Assembly: GCA_965214255.1 (NCBI GenBank)
Contig: OZ243948.1
Location: forward strand, 1,094,225-1,158,224
Length of the DNA: 64,000 bases
Origin: Alphaproteobacteria bacterium
GTDB lineage: Bacteria > Pseudomonadota > Alphaproteobacteria > SMXP01
Direction of reading: 5' to 3'
Shown: positions 49,972 to 59,100 of the stretch, piece by piece
How the letters are laid out: the number at the start of each line of letters is the position of its first letter
How positions within the stretch are numbered: the first letter of the stretch is position 1
Notes under the pieces: model-generated
Told to the model about the DNA's origin: nothing
What the model saw: only the letters and a program-made list of their open reading frames with translations
Databases searched by the model: none
Position numbers and translations under genes: made by a program

Positions 49972-51000
49972 ATGATCAATCGACGCGCCTTCGTTGCCGC
50001 AAGCTCCGGCCTGTTGATGACGTCGGGCCTCACCCTGCCCCGTCGCGCCTTTGCCGCCGATTACGGCCATATCGGCAAAGAACCGCCCTTAAGCGACTTT
50101 ACCCGGGACTCGACGTCCGAAGAAGTGACCGCCGGATTGGACCTCACGGGCAAGACGGTCGTCATCACCGGCGCGAACTCCGGCCTCGGCTACGAAACCA
50201 TGCGGGTGCTGGCCATGCGCGGCGCGCACGTCATCGGCACCGGACGCACGGCCGAGAAAGCGGAAACGGCGGCCGCGAGCGTCGAAGGGAACGTGACGCC
50301 CGTCGTTCTGGAGTTGACGGATTTCGACTCCATCGCCGCGTGCGCACGAGACATCGAAGCGCTGGGCGCGCCCGTCGACGTCCTGATTTGCAATGCGGGC
50401 ATCATGGCCTTGCCGGAACGCGAACTCGTGCGCGGGATCGAAAGACAATTCGCGGTCAATCACTTGGGACATTTCGTTTTCTCCAATCTACTGCTCGACA
50501 GCGTAAAGGCCGCGCCGCAGGGCCGTTTCGTCATCGTTTCGAGCGAAGGTTACAAGTCCGCCCCCGAGGACGGCATACAGTTCGATGATCTGTCCTGGGA
50601 AGCGGGCTATGAGCCGTGGACGGCCTACGGTCATTCGAAGCTCGCCAATCAACTGTTCGCGCAGGAATTGGGCCGTCGGCTGCAAGGTTCGACCGCGACG
50701 GCCAATTCCATCCATCCCGGCGTCATCGCGACAAATCTGGCGCGCCACATGATGCCCGGGATTGCCGTGCGATTCGTCTCGGTCTTCGGCGGCTGGTTCA
50801 TCGACGACTTCAAATCGACTCCTCAAGGGGCGGCGACGCAATGCTACGTCGCGACCGCGCCCGCTCTGGAAGGCGTGAGCGGCGTCTACTTCGCCGACTG
50901 CAATCCGCGCGAGCCCGAAACCCCGCACATGTTGAACGAGGACATGGCGGCGCGGCTGTGGGACGTTTCCGTCGAGTTGTCGGAAGGATATGTAAGTTAG
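49972..51000 (+). CDS. Retinol-dehydrogenase/WWOX-like SDR with Tat-like signal
   Basis: MINRRAFV...AFA signal, ITGANSGLG, CNAGIM, NHLGHF, YGHSK, HPGVI; GGGAG RBS. Confidence 0.9.
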   Translation: MINRRAFVAASSGLLMTSGLTLPRRAFAADYGHIGKEPPLSDFTRDSTSEEVTAGLDLTGKTVVITGANSGLGYETMRVLAMRGAHVIGTGRTAEKAETAAASVEGNVTPVVLELTDFDSIAACARDIEALGAPVDVLICNAGIMALPERELVRGIERQFAVNHLGHFVFSNLLLDSVKAAPQGRFVIVSSEGYKSAPEDGIQFDDLSWEAGYEPWTAYGHSKLANQLFAQELGRRLQGSTATANSIHPGVIATNLARHMMPGIAVRFVSVFGGWFIDDFKSTPQGAATQCYVATAPALEGVSGVYFADCNPREPETPHMLNEDMAARLWDVSVELSEGYVS

Positions 51001-51201
51001 CCGCGGGGCCGACGCGCCGCGACATGTCTTGAGGCGGCCCGCGCTTGCCGATCGGCACCGGACCCACACCTGAAACGTCGCCAAGACCCTGCCAAATCGC
51101 GCCGCCTGTAAGCGTCTCGGCTTGCGCTCTTATTGGTGGACCCTACGCTTCGACACGCGCACCCGCGGCGCTCTATGGGCCGGTCCGGACCGGAAAATGA
51201 C

Positions 51202-51625
51202 CTGCGACAACGCGCTACCCTGTCGCAAGGTCGGTTTGCCCCTGAACAGGGCGGAATCGTGCCGTTTTCGCGATGTCGCGCGGCGTCCGGATTTGCGACT
51301 ATTGACTGCGACAATGCGCAACCCTGTCGCAAGGTCGGTTTACCCCTGAACAGGGCGGAATTGCACCGTTTTCGCGATGATTCGCGCCGTTCGGATTTGC
51401 GACTATTGACTGCGACAACGCGCAACTCTGTCGCAAGGTCGGTTTGCCCTTGAACAGGGCGGAATCGCGCCGTTTTCGCGATAACGCGCGCCGTCCGGAT
51501 TTGCGACTATTGACTGCGACAATGCGCAACCCTGTCGCAAGGTCGGTTTGCCCCTGAACAGGGCGGAATTGCGCCGTTTTCGCGATGACGCGCGCCGTCC
51601 GGATTTGCGACTAGGGCTGCGACAA
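51202..51625. repeat. Tandem repeat: four 104-bp units (last 103) plus a 9-bp partial, each internally palindromic
   Basis: CTGCGACAA recurs at 51202, 51306, 51410, 51514 and 51617; each unit has TGCGACA-N11-TGTCGCA and a CCCTG-AA-CAGGG-type hairpin. Confidence 0.95.
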
Positions 51626-51689
51626 ATACCCGCCCGGATATGGAAGACCTGGAAGGCGTGAAGCGCCAACGGCCACTTGCACGCTTTCA

Positions 51690-52050
51690 ACGGCGCGGCC
51701 AATTCTTCGCGTGCATAGCAGGCTGGCATGGCTGGCGACTTCCAACGTCCGGCGTTCTGCATTTCGACTAATCCCGCGCCCTTCGCCGCTAGCGATTGCG
51801 TAGTGCCGACGCGCAAGCTGTGGCTGCTTATCCGGCCTTCCAGTCCGGCGGCCGCCGCGCGCTGTGCCGCCCTTATCTATACGTTGGAAGATAGGCGCGT
51901 CCGCGTCTTCGACCCCCAACGCCGGACGGCTGCGACTGTTTCCGCCCGACAAACAACGCCGCGCCTTCGCCTTCCCGATCCGTCTTTTCTTTCCGTATAC
52001 GGACGGTATTCACGCCCTCGGCTTCGAGAGCGGCGAGCATGAGGCGCCCG
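51690..52050 (-). pseudogene. Frameshifted C-terminal remnant of a Cre-like tyrosine recombinase
   Basis: Across frames: RIRKEKTDREGEGAALFVG (Lys loop), AAAAGLEGRISSHSLRVG (HxxR), QNAGRWKSPAMPACYAR (Trp and Tyr); N-terminal part absent. Confidence 0.8.
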
Positions 52051-52085
52051 GCCTGTTGCAGGAGCGCGCGAGTCGGCGTGCGGCG

Positions 52086-52160
52086 TCTGTTCCGACGGCA
52101 AGCCCCGAGGCGTCCGTCGTTCATGGCCGCGACCCTCAGCCGCTTTCCGGTCCGATGATT
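52086..52160. repeat. Cassette 3'-end repeat, homologous to 54254-54328
   Basis: TCTGTTC(C/T)GACGGCAAGCCCCGAGGCG(T/C)CCGTCGTTCATGGCCG...GCTT(T/C)CCGGTCCGA is shared by both. Confidence 0.85.
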
Positions 52161-54106
52161 GAGCGGCTAACCTCGGCTTGGTTCATGTGCTCGTTCGATA
52201 TGAATTCCATCGCGTTCCGGTGCGCTTGGCCGTCACGGTAGCCGTTTATGAGATAGAGGTCGAACGCGGCGGTGCGGCTGGCGGAGAAAATATCGTTGAG
52301 CGCCTCGGCTTGGCCCCGCTCCCGAAATTCCGGCAGGAACCGGTAGGCGGTTCTGGCGACATAGGTGCAATCGTAGGCTTCCGCTGACTGCGTCTGGCAG
52401 CGCTCCAATTCCTCGCGAAGCACGTCGGTCGATGGGTTCGTCGCCAGCCGGTCGACAAGCCGCCTCTCGGCGGAGTCGGCGGACTTCAAGATGTCGGTGC
52501 GAATCCAGAAGCCCGTCAGGGCTTCCGGGTTTTCCTTGCACCGCTCCCTGGTCCAGGGCGACACCCAAGCCTTGATCGGCCTGTAGCGTTGAACGAAGCG
52601 CGGGTCGGAAAAAATGTCACCGTCATACCGACAAGACCAAAAGGCATGGCTTTCGATCATATCCGGAGCCGCGTAGTCGAAGAAGTAATCCGCCAAAGAG
52701 GGTCCCGATATCTTCGCCATGATGGGCGAGCCGAGGAGACCGAAATCCACAATGTTGAACTTTTTATGCCAACTCATCGCGCCAAGGTCGGGATTGGAAA
52801 CCGTTGGGCGCGGCAGTGCCTCCCTCTCGGCGACACGTGCGAATTCGGACCTGGTGCCGTCAAATAACCACGTCCCCCAACCTGCCTTGTAAGGAGCGAC
52901 GACGTTCATGCTGAACACCGCGACCGCGATGGCCCCCAGCGCCGGTGCAGTTAACAGCGTGCGCCGTATGCTTCCGAGGCTTGTAAGGTGGTAGAACATC
53001 GCGGCGGTACCCAGCGCCGCGAAAACAGCCACATGCGTCGTGAGACGGGCTCGGTCCATCCGGGCCGGACCGAAAACCCACTCGCTGAACACGGCGGTCA
53101 GGATCAGGCTGCCGACAAGCAGCAGCAACAGGACGGTCTGCCGGCAGCGAGACAACACGAAGATGACGGGCAAAGCCAGCAAGAGAACGAAACCCCCGTG
53201 ATAAGAGAGAATGTCGCCGTTGGGAAGCGGCCAGGAGCGCAGATTGTCCGGAACGGAGATGGACTGGGCATATGCGGTGTTGGGCAGCAGATCGCCAAAA
53301 TAAAAATACCGCCATAGCTGAAACAGACCCCACGATACCAGCACGATCGATGAAAAACGCATCCCGCGCCAGTCCCGGAACACGAACCACCAGAACGCGC
53401 CGAAAATGACCAGCAGCGGGGCGATGTGGAATATGCTTTCAACCCTTGAAACCGTCGCCAGAAAAACCGGGATCGACCACAGGTAGACAACCCGCTCCAT
53501 CCTGACCTGAGAAACCAATATCAGGACGGTTGCCAGAAAGAGAACGTGCGTGATGGCATTCTCCATTCCCGAACCGTGCCATTGGAGAAACGGTCTGAGG
53601 AAAGTGAGAAACAGCGCGGCCAGCGCGGTCAGGACCAAGGCCGGAATTGTCCGCTCCTTGAAGAAGAGCGCGAACAGAGCGCCCAGCAGAAACGTCGCGA
53701 CAGCGGTCTGAACCGCCGCATAAACGGCGTAATCCGTTCCGGTCACGGCGTAGACCGCAGCGAAGAGGAAGAGTTGGACAGGGGCCGAATAGCCTTCGAC
53801 ACGTCCCCCGGAAGGGTTGACCCCGATGAAACCGTATTCCACCAGATTCCTGGCGTGGCTCATCGTGATCACGCCATCGTCACGGACCTGATAGTAAGAG
53901 TTCGGTATGTCCGAATAGGCCCAATGAAAGGCAAGGTAGAAAATAAGCCCGCCGAGCAGCGGCAGAAAAATGCGAGCGTTGACGACCGATACGAGCGATT
54001 CGCGGATGCGTTCGCGTATCGCAGCCCCCTCGACCGGCGCGTTGCGCAACGGGGTGGACAGGGTCTCCCCTTCGGCGGCGTCCGCTGGCCGTATGCCCCC
54101 CCCCAT
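52136..54106 (-). CDS. GT-C-fold (AftB/ArnT-like) membrane glycosyltransferase, cassette 1
   Basis: RDDGVITMSHARNL..G.IGVNP.G.RVEGYS, SGMEN, SRVE motifs; many TM segments plus a C-terminal soluble domain. Confidence 0.8.
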   Translation of the reverse strand: MGGGIRPADAAEGETLSTPLRNAPVEGAAIRERIRESLVSVVNARIFLPLLGGLIFYLAFHWAYSDIPNSYYQVRDDGVITMSHARNLVEYGFIGVNPSGGRVEGYSAPVQLFLFAAVYAVTGTDYAVYAAVQTAVATFLLGALFALFFKERTIPALVLTALAALFLTFLRPFLQWHGSGMENAITHVLFLATVLILVSQVRMERVVYLWSIPVFLATVSRVESIFHIAPLLVIFGAFWWFVFRDWRGMRFSSIVLVSWGLFQLWRYFYFGDLLPNTAYAQSISVPDNLRSWPLPNGDILSYHGGFVLLLALPVIFVLSRCRQTVLLLLLVGSLILTAVFSEWVFGPARMDRARLTTHVAVFAALGTAAMFYHLTSLGSIRRTLLTAPALGAIAVAVFSMNVVAPYKAGWGTWLFDGTRSEFARVAEREALPRPTVSNPDLGAMSWHKKFNIVDFGLLGSPIMAKISGPSLADYFFDYAAPDMIESHAFWSCRYDGDIFSDPRFVQRYRPIKAWVSPWTRERCKENPEALTGFWIRTDILKSADSAERRLVDRLATNPSTDVLREELERCQTQSAEAYDCTYVARTAYRFLPEFRERGQAEALNDIFSASRTAAFDLYLINGYRDGQAHRNAMEFISNEHMNQAEVSRSIIGPESG

Positions 54107-54266
54107 CTACGCGGGTTGTTTCCGTGGCAACGATCATTGTTCGTCCTTCTCGGGTGGCTGGCTCATGCGATGTATAAGAGCGGCCGCCGCGTACATCAAG
54201 AGTCCCGATTCGTCCAAAACATGCCGTCGAATTCCACCAACGGATCATCGGACTCTGTTCTGACGG
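54096..54266 (-). promoter_or_regulatory. Conserved leader cassette copy A: promoter, RBS, ATG and G9 tract
   Basis: Minus strand TTGATG-N17-TATACA (54199-54171), AAGGA-N7-ATG 54137, G9 at 54104-54096. Confidence 0.8.
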
Positions 54267-54288
54267 CAAGCCCCGAGGCGCCCGTCGT

Positions 54289-56670
54289 TCATGGCCGGGG
54301 TCCTCCGTCGCTTCCCGGTCCGACGACAATGGCGCCCTCCCAGAGGCGGCCCTCGCCGGGGATGTATTGGCCGGTGCGGATCTCGGCGAGCGGGTAGTCC
54401 GGCAGTTCGCGCACCGCCGTGCAACGCTCTGCGAACTTTATACGGAAGTCCAGATTGTCGAAACCGTCTTGCCGGCGCCCGGCGGGAAGATCACGCTCGT
54501 CAACCGGAACCACGTGCAGGAAGAACACCGCGTCGTGGTCCAGACGGCACGGCCGCTTGAAGTAGAGCAGGCGGTTCCCCAGCAGATAGACATCGAACAC
54601 CGAGCGGATGGCGGCTGTCCTCACCCGCTCGACCTCTTCCAGCCGGGACGGGTCGTCGACGACCGACTTGGTCCACTTCAGGGGCATTGTGGCGGTGGCC
54701 CGGCACAGCCCGGTCTCGTTGATCGTCCAGCGCTGGAGTGCCGGTTCGTCCGCCTCTTCGTTCCACCAGGGCCATACCAGCAGCTCGTCCGGCGCGCAAT
54801 TCCCGGCGAACGCCCGCACTCGGGGCCATTTGGGAGCAGGATCCACCATGAACCCCATATCCACCGACCGGTAGTCGAAATCTGGCGCCGCCTTCTCCCA
54901 GGACAGGTCGGCGTATTGCATGTCTCGCACATGCAGGTTTCGCCCGGCGAAACGCTCTAGAACCCACGCCTCGTCCGGGGAGTCGAAAGGCATCCAGAGA
55001 TCCGGGCCGACCCGCACGGCGTATCGCGCCATCATGAGCGCTTTCGTTGGATTGTCCGCCGCGGGATGTACGTTGATGTTAACGCCCCGCTCTTCGAGGT
55101 ATCCCGGCGGCGGTCGCCGGTCATGGGCGATTTTGCGTTGGCGATTGGGCCTGGCGACCGGGTTGCGGGCTATGGTGGCGTCGGTCAGTCCTTGCTCGTC
55201 GATGACTTTCAGGTCCGGGAGATAATAGAATCGGATTCCGATTGCACCCGCGCTCATCAGCGCATCCTCGGGAATGAGTCCCCGCTCCATGTGCTCGTAG
55301 GCCTTGTAACTTAGAAGCTGTCCTGCGGCGAACGCGCGGTGTCTTGAAAAGGATGCAGCGACGGACTGCCGGGCGGTCAAACGCCGCAGGTCGTTGGAGA
55401 CGGCGACGAGCATCGGCATTCCCGGAGCGGCCAGCAGCCACCCGGCGTTGTCGCTGTCGAGTTCTAAATGCCGTTGATGCGGTCGAGAAACCCACTCAAG
55501 CAAGTCCCGTGTCGCGGCGCCCTCAAACAGCAGCGCGCTCTGGAGCGCGCCGGCATAGAACAACACCGGCGCGAATACGACCGCCGCCCAGGCCCGTGCG
55601 CCCATCTTTCCAAGCCCGGGAAGCCAGCGAACCGCGGCCAGACGCGAGCCGAGGTGCACGATCCCCGCCGCCGCGGGCAGCGCCAGCAGCGGCCAGTAGA
55701 AGTCCAGCGGCCGGTACTCGAAATGGTCCCCGCCGACCCGCATCACGTAAGCCATGTGAACGCCGATCAGAACAAGCGGCAGCGCGAACGCCCCGTCCCG
55801 GCACGCCCGCCAGCGCTCGCGCGCGGCAACGGCGGCCAGGGGCAGCAGAAGATACAGCCCCGTCTCCAGAGCCGCCGCCCACAGGTAGCGAAAGCCCGAC
55901 TCGTACCAGGGCCGCACGTGCTTGGCGTAGTACGCGTTGGGCAGCCACTCGCCGTAATAACCGTAGCGGAACAGGTAGTGAGCGGCCACCAGCGCGACGA
56001 AGGGCGCCGCCAGCCATGCCAGCCGCCGCCAGTCCGGCCGCAGACGCCCGGCGTCCGCCATCGACTGGGCGGCGAACCAGCCGATGCACAAGACCCCGAT
56101 CAACAACCCTTCGGGCCGGGTCCAGGCCGCCAGCGCCAGACTCAGCGCCGCCACCGCCAAGCCCCAACGCCGGTCGCGCCACAGGCTCAGGCAGACCACC
56201 GCCGCAACGGTGAACAGGGTGAACTGCCGCGTTTCCAGGCCGCCGCCCGAGGTCCATACCGCGAAGGTGGCGCTGGAGCACAACAGGCCGAAGGCCATCC
56301 AGGCGACCAGCCGCCGATGGCGCAGCAGCGGCAGGCGGGCGAGCCACACGCCCAGCATGGCGATAACGCCGACGGTGCAGACCACGGACAACCACGGCGC
56401 CGCCTGCTCCGGGGGAACCCCGAGCACCCCCCAGATCGCGGCCAGTTCCAGCACCCACAGGAAGTTGGTGTAGCCCTCGACATATTCGCCCGGATTGAAG
56501 ACCAGCCCGTGCCCTTCCAGCAGGTTGCGGACGTAGCGGAAGCTGATGAAGGCGTCGTCGCAGAGGAACCAGGCGACGGCGGAGAACCAGCCCAGCAGCG
56601 CCAGCCACGGCAGAAGCGACAGCGCAACCCCCGCGTTCCGGATCAGGCCCCTTTCGGCAAGACCCGTCAC
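54289..56670 (-). CDS. GT-C-fold AftB-like membrane glycosyltransferase with extra C-terminal domain, cassette 2
   Basis: DDAFISFRYVRNLLEGHGLVFNPGEYVEGYTNFLW, GGLET, TRPEG, GEWLPNAYYAK, GGD.F, D.QGLTD..IA. Confidence 0.85.
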   Translation of the reverse strand: MTGLAERGLIRNAGVALSLLPWLALLGWFSAVAWFLCDDAFISFRYVRNLLEGHGLVFNPGEYVEGYTNFLWVLELAAIWGVLGVPPEQAAPWLSVVCTVGVIAMLGVWLARLPLLRHRRLVAWMAFGLLCSSATFAVWTSGGGLETRQFTLFTVAAVVCLSLWRDRRWGLAVAALSLALAAWTRPEGLLIGVLCIGWFAAQSMADAGRLRPDWRRLAWLAAPFVALVAAHYLFRYGYYGEWLPNAYYAKHVRPWYESGFRYLWAAALETGLYLLLPLAAVAARERWRACRDGAFALPLVLIGVHMAYVMRVGGDHFEYRPLDFYWPLLALPAAAGIVHLGSRLAAVRWLPGLGKMGARAWAAVVFAPVLFYAGALQSALLFEGAATRDLLEWVSRPHQRHLELDSDNAGWLLAAPGMPMLVAVSNDLRRLTARQSVAASFSRHRAFAAGQLLSYKAYEHMERGLIPEDALMSAGAIGIRFYYLPDLKVIDEQGLTDATIARNPVARPNRQRKIAHDRRPPPGYLEERGVNINVHPAADNPTKALMMARYAVRVGPDLWMPFDSPDEAWVLERFAGRNLHVRDMQYADLSWEKAAPDFDYRSVDMGFMVDPAPKWPRVRAFAGNCAPDELLVWPWWNEEADEPALQRWTINETGLCRATATMPLKWTKSVVDDPSRLEEVERVRTAAIRSVFDVYLLGNRLLYFKRPCRLDHDAVFFLHVVPVDERDLPAGRRQDGFDNLDFRIKFAERCTAVRELPDYPLAEIRTGQYIPGEGRLWEGAIVVGPGSDGGPRP

Positions 56671-56706
56671 AACTCAAGCCTGCGCGAGAGTGACGATGCG
56701 AAACCG

Positions 56707-56895
56707 CCCCCCCCCATCTACGCGGGTTGTTTCCGTGGCAACGATCATTGTTCGTCCTTCTCGGGTGACTGGCTCATGCGATGTATAAGAGCGCCCGTCG
56801 CGTACATCAAGAGTTCCGATTCGTCCAAAACATGCCATCGAATTCCGGCAACGGATCATCGGCCTCTGTTCCGACGGAAGGCAAGAGGCTCTCCT
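56707..56895 (-). promoter_or_regulatory. Conserved leader cassette copy B (G9)
   Basis: Near-identical to copy A; ATG 56748, G9 at 56715-56707. Confidence 0.8.
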
Positions 56896-58875
56896 TCATC
56901 GGGGAGGGTTGCCGCGGTGGGCACGGCCTGCCGGCGTTGTTGTGATCCGGACGGGACGACCGGCATCGTTAGGTAATTCAAGGACGCTGGATAAAATCCT
57001 CCGGTCGTCGTTCTCGTCTATGGTTTCCCACGGACGCCAAAGGCGAGACCGTTCCCCTTCCCCGGTCGACCAGGAAAACACCAACGTCTCGTCACGCGTT
57101 GCCGCCGCCGCATAATCCTTGAAGAACGCCTGCGCCATGTTGCCGTCGACGACGACCGCGACGGACTCCGACTCGTAATCGAAGTGAGGCGTCATTTTCT
57201 CCCAGAACCAGGCGTCGTTGTCGAACTCGCCCGATGATACCTCCGGCGGCCGGGCAAGCCAGAGTTTAAATCGCCGGTCGTGCTGGCCGAGGAGGGCACT
57301 GAGATATGAAAATGGAGGGCCTTCGAACAGTATTATTTTATTGGTGGGTCGGTCGGGTCCGAAGACATTGGCGAAATGGGTAATCCCGAACTGCCGTCGC
57401 AACGCGACCTCGGTTCCTTGAACCCGGGGGCGGCCGACCCTTAGGGCCCGCATGTAGTCGTAGGAATTCACCACACCGTCCAGATTCACCACCGGGAAGC
57501 GGGAGAAGTATCCGATGACGCCGGAGTCAAATGACCCGATCACGCTGCCCTCGGGCAGTACGCGGTTCATCACCCGCGTGCCCAGGTAGCTGGTGATCTC
57601 CCACTCGCGCTTGGAGAACTCGCTGTTCCGGTCGACGGTCCGGAACGGGCCGGCAAAGTCCGCCTGGATGAGCAACGCGACCGCGCCTGCGGTGACGATG
57701 CTCACGCGCGGGACAGCGGCCGCACGGCCGCGCCTGGGTTCGACGAAGCGACGAACCAGGTGCAACGCGACGTAACATGCGACCGGCACGGTCAACGCCT
57801 CCATCAGATAGGCCGGAACGAAGTAGCGTGAGTATCCTCCCCAGATCGGGTGCACCATGAGCACCGTCTGCGCAAACTTCGCCAAGTGGCCCGCCGCCAA
57901 GCCGAACGCACCCGCCAGAAAGATCAGGAGCAGTCTGTCGTCTCTCCCGCGGACGCGGCGGGTGGACCACAGAACCAGCAGAACGCAAACGCAGAGTCCC
58001 AGGGCCGCCGCCAGCTCGGTATCGAAGGCAGGAATTTGCAGGACCGCCTGGAAGTTTTCCGCGAGATTGTACCCGCCGTCCCGCTCCCAACGGTCCTGCG
58101 ACCACATTTGCCTGATCGCCCCGCTCACCGGGACGGCGCCGCCGAAGACAAGCCGGTTGTAGGCGAAGTAGGCGAGGATGCCCGCACAGGCGCCGAACAG
58201 CGGAATACACGCCCGCAGAGCGGATGGCGCGCGGGGCGGACGGTCTCTCGGATCCGACCACTCGACAAGACACAGCATCGCCGTTGTCGCCACCGAAACG
58301 GCGGCGAACTCCAGTCGGACCCATGGCAGAGCGAAGACCACGGCGGCCAGCGTCCAAGTCCATCGCGCCGGGTTCCGCGCAAAGAGAGTCAATGTCAGGA
58401 ACAACAGACCCAGCATGAACAGCGCCGCGGCGCTTTCCATTCCTCCAAAGAAGACTCCATTTCCGAGACGGTAGAGAAACGGCAGCAAGGCGAACAGCAG
58501 AATCCAGGGCAGCCGCGCTATACGGGCGGCCAGAACGATGAGCGCCGCGCCGCCGGCGACAAGCATGATCTCGAACGCCTTGATGGCGAACAGCGCGGTC
58601 TCGGCGTCGAATATCCAGTAGAACGGCGTTATGAGCAGCATCCAGATGGGATGATACCCGTTGGTCAGGGTAATGCCGCCGTCGAAGGTCGAGAATTTCC
58701 CTTCCGCCAGATTCCTGGCGATCTGAAAGTAGTAGAAGGAGTCGTCATCGTTTACGTCGCGGAGCAGGTTGGCCAAGTCGTAGTGGGCGAGCAGATACCA
58801 GGCGAATGCGCCCCCATACATGAGGATGGCGCCGATGAACACGGCGACCGGCGCGTTACGCAACGGGGTGGACAA
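56896..58875 (-). CDS. GT-C-fold membrane glycosyltransferase-like protein, cassette 3
   Basis: DDSFYYFQIARNLAEG..STFDGG..TNGYHPIW, GMES, VRLE, PVSG, FDSGVIGYFS..VVNLDGVVN. Confidence 0.8.
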   Translation of the reverse strand: MSTPLRNAPVAVFIGAILMYGGAFAWYLLAHYDLANLLRDVNDDDSFYYFQIARNLAEGKFSTFDGGITLTNGYHPIWMLLITPFYWIFDAETALFAIKAFEIMLVAGGAALIVLAARIARLPWILLFALLPFLYRLGNGVFFGGMESAAALFMLGLLFLTLTLFARNPARWTWTLAAVVFALPWVRLEFAAVSVATTAMLCLVEWSDPRDRPPRAPSALRACIPLFGACAGILAYFAYNRLVFGGAVPVSGAIRQMWSQDRWERDGGYNLAENFQAVLQIPAFDTELAAALGLCVCVLLVLWSTRRVRGRDDRLLLIFLAGAFGLAAGHLAKFAQTVLMVHPIWGGYSRYFVPAYLMEALTVPVACYVALHLVRRFVEPRRGRAAAVPRVSIVTAGAVALLIQADFAGPFRTVDRNSEFSKREWEITSYLGTRVMNRVLPEGSVIGSFDSGVIGYFSRFPVVNLDGVVNSYDYMRALRVGRPRVQGTEVALRRQFGITHFANVFGPDRPTNKIILFEGPPFSYLSALLGQHDRRFKLWLARPPEVSSGEFDNDAWFWEKMTPHFDYESESVAVVVDGNMAQAFFKDYAAAATRDETLVFSWSTGEGERSRLWRPWETIDENDDRRILSSVLELPNDAGRPVRITTTPAGRAHRGNPPR

Positions 58876-58909
58876 AGTCTCCCCCTCGGCGGCCTCCGCC
58901 GGTCGTGCA

Positions 58910-59100
58910 CCCCCCCCCCATCTACGCGGGTTGTTTCCGTGGCAACGATCATTGTTCGTCCTTATCGGGTGACTGGCTCATGCGACGTATACGAGCGGCC
59001 GCCGCGTACATCAAGAGTTCCGATTTCGTCTAAAACATGCCGTTGAATTCCATCAACGGATCATCGGCCTCTGTTCCGACGGAAGGCAAGAGGCTCTCCT
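58910..59100 (-). promoter_or_regulatory. Conserved leader cassette copy C (G10)
   Basis: Near-identical to copies A and B; ATG 58952, G10 at 58919-58910. Confidence 0.8.

Noticed and set aside
50997-51529. Short ORFs with repeated peptides (MRIVAVNSRKS...)
   Set aside because: By-products of the 104-bp repeat, whose period shifts frame every unit.
51202-51625. CRISPR array
   Set aside because: Whole 104-bp units repeat with no unique spacers, and there are no cas genes in the window.
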